Below the pieces are notes generated by a model, which ran no database searches, was not told where the DNA came from, and saw only the letters and a list, made by a program, of their open reading frames with translations. Below are positions 26,332 through 32,000 of a DNA stretch of 32,000 nt, in pieces; positions within the stretch are counted from its first letter, which is position 1; each line of letters opens with the position of its first letter. Position numbers and translations under genes: made by a program. This stretch comes from Synechocystis sp. PCC 6803 substr. PCC-P. GTDB lineage: Bacteria > Cyanobacteriota > Cyanobacteriia > Cyanobacteriales > Microcystaceae. The stretch is from positions 420,001 through 452,000 of the forward strand of contig NC_017039.1 in NCBI RefSeq assembly GCF_000284455.1. Direction: 5' to 3'.

Positions 26332-26853
26332 ATGAGAAAAAGACTCACCCGTTTCCTTTCCCTGGCCCTGGTGCTGGGCCTACTCTGGTTTGGCACCGCC
26401 GCCTGCGCTAGTCAACCCCCTTCCCAATTTGACCAGGCCCAACAGGAGAGTACCCAACGGGGCGCCGATGCGGTCACAAAGGAATCCACCAAGGGAGGAG
26501 AATTTAACGTCTTTTTCCCCCAAGCTGAAGGGGAATATGAGCGGGTTTTTGCCCAGGAAAAACAAGGCTTTGCGGAAATTAAGCTCAAGCAAAATGGTCA
26601 AGATGTGGCGGTGATGTCCATCAATGACGTCAAAAATAATCCCACTGCGGCGAATAAATTTAAGGCTAGTACCCAGGCTATTGACGGTTTTCCCGTGGTG
26701 CAACAGGGTTCCACTGCTACTGCCCTATTGGTGGGCGATCGTTATCAGGTCAAGGTTTTGTCCCGATCGCCGTCTTTTACGCCCCAGGACCGGGAAGCTT
26801 GGTTGGGTCGATTTGACCTCAAGGGGCTAGAAAATTTGAGTGCCAGAAATTAA
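26332..26853 (+). CDS. Putative lipoprotein of unknown function
   Basis: The 173-aa product has a signal peptide ending in the lipobox-like sequence FGTAAC. The mature part is hydrophilic, and I recognise no family. Confidence 0.65.
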   Translation: MRKRLTRFLSLALVLGLLWFGTAACASQPPSQFDQAQQESTQRGADAVTKESTKGGEFNVFFPQAEGEYERVFAQEKQGFAEIKLKQNGQDVAVMSINDVKNNPTAANKFKASTQAIDGFPVVQQGSTATALLVGDRYQVKVLSRSPSFTPQDREAWLGRFDLKGLENLSARN

Positions 26854-26908
26854 AACTGTTTGTAAAGTTGCCCCACCATAGTCAAGCGATTAAATAGGAG
26901 TTTTTCCC

Positions 26909-27796
26909 GTGAGTAAGCCAATCTTTAAGTTAGTGGATGACCTGCCTACGGGCGGGTTAACGGTGATGTTGCTCAATTCCCTCGATTTTGTCGTGCCGGG
27001 GCAATGGGAAAATTTGGTCGGTTTTGAAAATACGATCAAAAAGGTGACTGGGGAAACGGATCCTGCTCTGGTTAAACAAATTGGCGATCGGGCAGTGTGG
27101 CTGTTTAACGATAAGTCCCAGGGTTATCAAAATGCCCTTTGGCTTTACCAAACTGTGGACTCCACCGACAGTGCGTTGGGGGCGGCGGCCTTGGCTAATA
27201 AGGTGGGGGAAAGTGTTAATTTCCTCGGTTTTTTAAACAAAATTACCCCTAATCCCCAAAAAGCCCAGGCCATTGACCTGTCCATTAAGTTGGTGGCGGA
27301 ACTGGTGGCCTTCTGCCAAATTAACGGTATTCCCGGCAATAGCATTGGCGATTTTGTGCGTTCCCTGACGGATTACAGCGGTGAGTCCTTAATTCGCATG
27401 GCGGCCCTGATTAGCTTTGATGGCATTATTCCCTTTGGCCCCAGCTTTGTTCTAACTACCATGGACTTTTTGGAAAAGTTGACCCCCAAGGAGTTGGAGC
27501 AGAATAAGACCTTTGAGAAAATTAAGCCCCTCATTCCCGGCAATAGCACCAGCAGTCAACTGGATTTTATCGGTGAAAGTTTTGGATCTGTACAGGGCTG
27601 GATGACCAGTTTTGTCGGCGATCGCCAGCTTACGCGGGAGAAGTTGCTGGGGAAACTGCGGAATTTCATGGAGGTGACGGAGGACAAAATGGATTACCTG
27701 GCCGCCTTCATTGATATGTCCACCAATTACTACGAGCATACGGGCATTCAAACCTTGGCCCACCGTTTAATTGAGCGTGCGGTGGCAGAAATTTAA
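26909..27796 (+). CDS. Conserved-looking hypothetical protein (295 aa, GTG start)
   Basis: This long ORF has host-like composition and an internal HIP1 site at 27618. I recognise no motif. Confidence 0.6.
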   Translation: MSKPIFKLVDDLPTGGLTVMLLNSLDFVVPGQWENLVGFENTIKKVTGETDPALVKQIGDRAVWLFNDKSQGYQNALWLYQTVDSTDSALGAAALANKVGESVNFLGFLNKITPNPQKAQAIDLSIKLVAELVAFCQINGIPGNSIGDFVRSLTDYSGESLIRMAALISFDGIIPFGPSFVLTTMDFLEKLTPKELEQNKTFEKIKPLIPGNSTSSQLDFIGESFGSVQGWMTSFVGDRQLTREKLLGKLRNFMEVTEDKMDYLAAFIDMSTNYYEHTGIQTLAHRLIERAVAEI

Positions 27797-27833
27797 CCCC
27801 AAGCTCTTATAGCTTGTTTGCAAAGTTGTATTT

Positions 27834-27912
27834 TGCCCCCTAAATCCCCCAATACTGGGGGACTTTTAATACTTTCCCCCCAAACTTGGGGGGCTAGGGG
27901 GGCATTTAAAAC
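27834..27912. repeat. Structured GC-hairpin intergenic repeat, copy B
   Basis: tgccccctaaat-ccccc-aatact-ggggg-acttttaatacttt-cccccc-aaactt-gggggg-ctagggggg-catttaaaac. The two hairpins are at 27846-27861 and 27876-27893. A possible closing stem pairs gccccc (27835-27840) with gggggc (27898-27903). Confidence 0.8.
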
Positions 27913-27932
27913 AGACTCTCATAAGCAAACCC

Positions 27933-29081
27933 ATGGCCAAAAAACTATTACTGGTGGGGGGAGGCCATAGCAATGCTTTGGTGCTCAAACATTGGTGTCG
28001 CCACCCCCTGGCTGATGTGGAATTAACCCTTGTCAGTGACGTTAGACAAACCCCCTATTCCGGTATGTTGCCGGGGTATTTAGCTGGTTTTTACTCCTAC
28101 GGCGAAAGTCACATTGATTTAGCTCCCCTCTGTGCTTCAGCCGGAGCAATTTTTGTGCAAGATAAGGCGATCGCCGTTAACCCGGAGCAGAATTTATTAA
28201 CCACTGCCGAGGGGAGACAATTAAGCTTTGATTGCCTTTCCCTTGACATTGGTAGTACTCCGTTCATAGATGATATTGTCGGGGCGGAGTATGGCATTCC
28301 CGCTAAACCAGTGCCCCAATTTTTAACTGCTTGGCTGGCTTTATTGGAGAACATTGACCAGAATCGACCGAAAAAAGTAACTTTGGCGATCGCCGGGGGA
28401 GGAGCGGGGGGAGTAGAGTTAGCTTTCAATCTGCAAGCTCGTTTGGCAAAGCTTTTCCCCGCCATGGGGTTAGATATGCAAATTTGGCAACGGGGCGCGA
28501 TCCTTTTACCACACCATAGTGTCCAGGGCAGAAAACTGATTGAGAGATTGTTGGTAAAGCAAAACATTGCCGTGTTACTAAATCACCCTGTCACCAGCAT
28601 TGAGCCTGAGTTTTCCCCCGATGACAATCCATTAACCTGTTACAAACTTTGGAGTAATGACCATTGGCAGTCAGTCAATGCTGTATTTTTAGTTACCCAA
28701 GCTAGCCCAGCCCCGTGGTTAGCCCAATCCGGTTTAAGCCTAGATAGCCGGGGCTTTGTGTCAGTTAAACCAACGTTGCAAAGCTATTCCCATGGGCATA
28801 TTTTCGCGGCGGGGGATGTGGCCAATATGATCGATCATCCACGGCCTAAGGCGGGGGTGTTTGCTGTGCGCCAAGGCAAGCCATTGTTTGAAAATCTACA
28901 GCACTATCTTTCCCACCAGACACTTAAAACTTTTGTTCCTCAATCTAAATATTTGAGTTTATTGGGTACGAGGGATGGTAGGGCGATCGCCCTTTGGGGG
29001 CCCTGGGCTAGTTACGGCCACTGTTGGTGGCGACTTAAGGACTATATTGACCGCCAATTTATGGCTGGATTTTCTGCGTAA
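27933..29081 (+). CDS. FAD-dependent pyridine nucleotide-disulfide oxidoreductase (NDH-2-like fold)
   Basis: The 382-aa product has the N-terminal dinucleotide fold LLLVGGGHSN, a second fold LAIAGGGAGGVELAF, and a FAAGDVA motif near the C-terminal third. Confidence 0.8.
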   Translation: MAKKLLLVGGGHSNALVLKHWCRHPLADVELTLVSDVRQTPYSGMLPGYLAGFYSYGESHIDLAPLCASAGAIFVQDKAIAVNPEQNLLTTAEGRQLSFDCLSLDIGSTPFIDDIVGAEYGIPAKPVPQFLTAWLALLENIDQNRPKKVTLAIAGGGAGGVELAFNLQARLAKLFPAMGLDMQIWQRGAILLPHHSVQGRKLIERLLVKQNIAVLLNHPVTSIEPEFSPDDNPLTCYKLWSNDHWQSVNAVFLVTQASPAPWLAQSGLSLDSRGFVSVKPTLQSYSHGHIFAAGDVANMIDHPRPKAGVFAVRQGKPLFENLQHYLSHQTLKTFVPQSKYLSLLGTRDGRAIALWGPWASYGHCWWRLKDYIDRQFMAGFSA

Positions 29082-29082
29082 C

Positions 29083-29098
29083 GCTGAGTGAACTCAGC
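29083..29098 (+). other. Stem-loop immediately after the stop codon of the oxidoreductase gene
   Basis: gctgagt-ga-actcagc are 7-nt perfect inverted arms starting 2 nt after TAA (29079-29081). No U-tract follows, so I do not call it an intrinsic terminator. Confidence 0.35.
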
Positions 29099-29189
29099 CA
29101 GAGTAAAATAAATGGCTAGACAAGTTTTGATAGACAAAAATCAATTAAAACTAGATTCTGACTAAATCGTTGCAAGGAGCTGAAAAATA

Positions 29190-30143
29190 TTGCCATCAAC
29201 AACCCCCAAGCCCAATCAAGGCTGGATTTACACTGACCGAGTCAACCCTAAAGCCGCTGGCCAGACAGTGCTGGACTTCTACTCCCAACGCTATCTCCAC
29301 TCCGAGCGCCAAGCTTGGCAGGAACGGATTGAGCAGGGGCAGATTGAAGTGGATGGCAAGACCGTTGACCCCACCTATCCTTTGCAAGCGGGGCAGACCC
29401 TCACCTATTGGCGATCGCCCTGGGTGGAGCCGGAAGTACCTTTGCAATTATCAGTTTTGCATCGAGACGAAGACCTCTGGGCCATTGATAAACCCTCAGG
29501 ATTGCCGGTATTACCGGGGGGAGATTTTGTCTACCACACCGTTTTGGAACAACTAAAAATCCAATATCCCCAGGAGTCCTTGTTTCCCCTCCACCGTTTG
29601 GGCACTGGCACTTCGGGACTTTTATTGCTTGGTCGTTCTACCCTGGGTCGACGGGAACTCAGCCGTCAATTTCGGGAGCATATTTGCCGCAAAATTTACC
29701 GCACCGTGATTGGCCCCTGTGATTTGCCAGAAAAATTTGAATGCCACCAGGCGATCGGGAAAATTCCCTACCCCCAACTGGGATATATCTACGCCGCTAG
29801 CTCCCACGGCAAACCAGCCCAAAGTTACGGTCGCATTTTAGCCCGCTCCCCGGAAAAAACCTGGCTAGAAGTGGAAATTCGCACTGGTCGCCCCCACCAA
29901 ATTCGCATCCATTTGGCTAGTTTAGGCTATCCCTTACTTGGCGATCGCCTCTACGGCCCCGGTGGAGTCCCCATCAATTGCCGAACTGCCCGGCCCAGTG
30001 ATGGCGGCTACACCCTCCATAGTTACCAATTGGGTTTTCTCCATCTCCATACCCAACAGGCCATAAAATTAACTGCCCCCTTACCTCCCGAACTCATCAC
30101 CCCAGAAGTTAAGACTATTGCCCTGGAAACTGAAAAGCATTGA
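29190..30143 (+). CDS. RluA-family pseudouridine synthase-like protein with an S4-like N-terminus; the catalytic Asp position reads Gly
   Basis: The 317-aa product starts at TTG. It has an S4-like segment (IEVDGKTVDPTYPLQAGQTL), then WAIDKPSGLPV and HRLGTGTSGLLLLG where the family consensus is HRLDxxTSG, and then GRPHQIRIHLASLGYPLLGD. Confidence 0.8.
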   Translation: MPSTTPKPNQGWIYTDRVNPKAAGQTVLDFYSQRYLHSERQAWQERIEQGQIEVDGKTVDPTYPLQAGQTLTYWRSPWVEPEVPLQLSVLHRDEDLWAIDKPSGLPVLPGGDFVYHTVLEQLKIQYPQESLFPLHRLGTGTSGLLLLGRSTLGRRELSRQFREHICRKIYRTVIGPCDLPEKFECHQAIGKIPYPQLGYIYAASSHGKPAQSYGRILARSPEKTWLEVEIRTGRPHQIRIHLASLGYPLLGDRLYGPGGVPINCRTARPSDGGYTLHSYQLGFLHLHTQQAIKLTAPLPPELITPEVKTIALETEKH

Positions 30144-30733
30144 TGAGAAGTGATGGAAAAAAACCAGATACCTAAAATCAATCTTGGGTGGATTCAGGCG
30201 TATAAAGCTAGGTAAAGTGTTTTATTAAGTTCCTTTAAGTTAGGCAAAGTTTGGACTAATTCTAGCGGCTATAAATCTTACTAGTAAGGCATTTTGCGTC
30301 TTTACCAAGCCTAATTCTTATCAGTGCCATGGAGAGAATATATGGCCTTGCCCTGACTATTTCACTTTTCAGTGTGTCATCCGATACTGACCATGACCAC
30401 CGACAATGGATAGGATAAAACCAATTTAAATTCGGTAAATCATTATTTCAACCAATGAAACCGACTCATTTCATTGGCCACTGCCCCTTACTGGAGATAT
30501 TGTCCGTAGTTCAATACAGAATTGCGGATAACGCAAACACAAAAACGATTTGTGCATGTATATCTCCAAATTGTGGACCAATGGTGTCAAATGTTACGGA
30601 TAGTTAAGGGTTAGTTAGTTAGCCTCAACTTAAGTTAATCAAAATTGACAAACGAGTATAAGTCGCAATGATGTATCTCCCCGTCAGCGCTGATTATCAA
30701 TCCATTGCCCCGCGCCCTTGAATTTGTTACAAT

Positions 30734-30796
30734 TCTTAACAGTGACTTAATAATCTCTTAAGAATCTTGGTGTAAAGTCTTAAGAAAATCTTAAGG
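30734..30796 (+). promoter_or_regulatory. Helically phased CTTAA / TCTTAAG repeat array upstream of the EAL gene
   Basis: CTTAA cores start at 30735, 30746, 30757, 30779 and 30790, giving spacings of 11, 11, 22 and 11 bp. Three of them are perfect TCTTAAG heptamers (30756, 30778, 30789). The array ends 46 nt before ATG at 30842. Confidence 0.4.
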
Positions 30797-30841
30797 TTTT
30801 CTCCTCCCCCGGAGTCATCCCTATCGAATCCTGGAAGATCT

Positions 30842-31753
30842 ATGTTTATATTTCCACGCTTTCCCCGGTCCCTATCTGAGAATGGTTTTTCTCAGCATGG
30901 GACTGCCCCTCCCGTCGTCCCAGAGGAGAGCAATAGTTCTTCGGATCGTAAGCAATATATTAAGTGGGCCCTAACTAAAGCGGTTACTGAGGGTGGATTC
31001 AGGCTTGATTTTCAACCCCAATGGGATGGGCAGGGAATTAATTTGGTGGGGGTAGAGGCCCTAGTCCGTTGGCAAGATCCCAAGTTGGGCAATGTGCCTC
31101 CCGCAGAATTCATTCCCATAGCTGAGGAAACGGGACTGGTGACAGCCATTGGGGAGTGGGTGTTGGACACGGCTTGTCGTCAATATAAAATTTGGCAAGC
31201 CCAGGGGGTACCGGCCTTTTTGTTGGGCGTGAATTTGTCCTTGCAACAGTTGCAAAAAGCTGACTTTGCCGAGACAGTCCGGTGCATTCTGGAGGAAACG
31301 AACATGCCCGCAGCCCAACTGCAGTTGGAGATGACCGAAGGATTAATTTTTCGAGATTTGCAGCACACTATTGGGGTGCTCCGGGATCTCCAACGACTGG
31401 GAGTGCATTTGGCGATCGACGATTTTGGCACTGGTTACTCTTCCCTGTCCGTGCTGAAGGAACTTCCTGTCCACACGCTAAAAATTGACAAATCTTTTTT
31501 AGAGGATCTGGAGACGCACCAAAAGGCGGAAGTTATTATCGAAAGCATTATCAACCTCGGTCAGCGTTTACAGTTGGTGGTGGTGGCGGAGGGCGTAGAA
31601 ACGGAAGGCCAACTCCATTTACTGCAATCTTTACGGTGTGATGTACTCCAGGGTTTTTTCTTCAGTTGTCCCTTAAGTGAAGACAAGATGACCCACTATC
31701 TCCACCATTGTTGTTCTGCTAAAACTTTGAGCCGGGCGATCGCCTCCTATTAG
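30842..31753 (+). CDS. Stand-alone EAL-domain c-di-GMP phosphodiesterase
   Basis: The 303-aa product has EALVRW, FIPIAEETGL, VNLS, LEMTE, DDFGTGYSSL, KIDKSF, EGVET and QGFFFS. All the catalytic blocks I know for active EAL enzymes are present. Confidence 0.88.
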   Translation: MFIFPRFPRSLSENGFSQHGTAPPVVPEESNSSSDRKQYIKWALTKAVTEGGFRLDFQPQWDGQGINLVGVEALVRWQDPKLGNVPPAEFIPIAEETGLVTAIGEWVLDTACRQYKIWQAQGVPAFLLGVNLSLQQLQKADFAETVRCILEETNMPAAQLQLEMTEGLIFRDLQHTIGVLRDLQRLGVHLAIDDFGTGYSSLSVLKELPVHTLKIDKSFLEDLETHQKAEVIIESIINLGQRLQLVVVAEGVETEGQLHLLQSLRCDVLQGFFFSCPLSEDKMTHYLHHCCSAKTLSRAIASY

Positions 31754-31836
31754 GCTTTAGGCTGGCAAAATTGCGGCCATCGACTCCTTTGTTCATATCT
31801 AGCCATATCAATATTAGTTTATAACTTAAAATTACT

Positions 31837-32000
31837 ATGACTGCTTTGATCTTGCCTTTTTTTGAGGATCGTGCCATGGCCGATAAATTACAGAGTCCTG
31901 GGCTCCAAAAATTCCAAGATAATGGGGCTAAACGAGCAATTCCTCGGGAGTTGTTAGAACAGTTAACAGCGGATAAATTCACTGGTCAACTGGTGATCCG
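31837..32000 (+). CDS. 5' fragment of an unidentified protein-coding gene running off the window
   Basis: ATG at 31837 is followed by 54 open codons to the window end (MTALILPFFEDRAMADKLQSPGLQKF...). A second in-frame ATG lies at 31876. The fragment is too short to classify. Confidence 0.35.
   Translation, partial: MTALILPFFEDRAMADKLQSPGLQKFQDNGAKRAIPRELLEQLTADKFTGQLVI

Larger units (their letters stand above)
298..31743. repeat. Dispersed HIP1 octamers (GCGATCGC), a cyanobacterial highly iterated palindrome
   Basis: Perfect copies found by eye start at 298, 1114, 3120, 4313, 6524, 7997, 9115, 9634, 10887, 12065, 12343, 13869, 14112, 14999, 16618, 17008, 17882, 18553, 20803, 22035, 23564, 24286, 25018, 25704, 27618, 28167, 28386, 28983, 29411, 29941 and 31736. 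That is about 1 per kb, against roughly 0.5 expected in the whole window for a random 8-mer. Confidence 0.9.

Noticed and set aside
26208-27912. A tRNA-Arg followed by two unknown genes and a repeat element, as a possible tRNA-targeted genomic islet.
   Set aside because: There is no integrase. I found no direct repeat of the tRNA 3' end downstream. Composition is host-like, and a HIP1 site is present inside the 295-aa gene.
30455-30607. A 50-codon ATG ORF (MKPTHFIGHCPLLEILSVVQYRIADNANTKTICACISPNCGPMVSNVTDS) and a 29-codon ORF (30329-30418) in the AT-rich spacer, considered as small Cys-containing peptides.
   Set aside because: They have no ribosome-binding site and no recognisable precursor or leader features. 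One stop-free run of this length is expected by chance across six frames of 700 nt. They are kept only as something to check against ribosome profiling.
5570-31753. The apparent concentration of second-messenger genes (guanylyl cyclase, GGDEF, EAL, DHH, a possible MBL phosphodiesterase), considered as one signalling island.
   Set aside because: The genes are dispersed over 26 kb, lie on both strands, and are separated by housekeeping genes (ureG, thiE, btpA, tRNA). Cyanobacteria encode many such proteins, so co-location here is probably coincidental apart from the cya2-MBL pair.
31719-31982. An 87-aa minus-strand ORF overlapping the EAL 3' end and the next plus-strand gene start.
   Set aside because: It overlaps two better-supported plus-strand frames, and its product has no motif and an odd composition.
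1-32000. A search for CRISPR arrays, rRNA, tmRNA or RNase P-like genes, reverse transcriptases, toxin-antitoxin pairs and known defence-system signatures.
   Set aside because: I saw no regularly spaced direct repeats, no RT, Cas or nuclease-helicase gene sets, and no small adjacent ORF pairs of toxin-antitoxin type. The only CHAT protein carries a signal peptide and has no CRISPR context.

Overview
The window is gene-dense cyanobacterial chromosome and matches what I recall of Synechocystis sp. PCC 6803. I base that on at least 31 copies by eye of the HIP1 octamer GCGATCGC, an ISY100-type IS630 element, and recognisable cya2, ureG, btpA, thiE and ycf45-like genes. I support about 30 protein-coding genes, one tRNA-Arg(CCU), one insertion sequence, a two-copy structured GC-hairpin repeat and a phased repeat array. 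I saw no CRISPR array, rRNA, prophage or recognisable defence island.

The best candidate for an undescribed system is the minus-strand gene string at 2874-9716:
- It runs esterase, DUF928 secreted protein, CHASE2 guanylyl cyclase Cya2, a metallo-beta-lactamase-fold hydrolase starting 3 nt after the cyclase stop, a GT4 phosphosugar transferase, and an orphan OmpR regulator.
- A signal-peptide CHAT protease lies 12 kb away.
- The cyclase carries an apparent degenerate PilZ-like C-terminal domain.

Other points worth a second look:
- A histidinol-dehydrogenase paralogue with every catalytic and Zn-ligand position I know substituted.
- An RluA-family pseudouridine synthase whose catalytic Asp reads Gly (HRLG).
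- A DUF39/COG1900 homocysteine-biosynthesis-type gene paired with a 67-aa small ORF.
- An ISY100 copy split at an A9 slippery run.
- Five CTTAA cores spaced at 11 or 22 bp upstream of a stand-alone EAL phosphodiesterase.
- Two long non-coding gaps, 17368-17806 and 30144-30841.

All functional calls come from motif recognition by eye. No database search was run.
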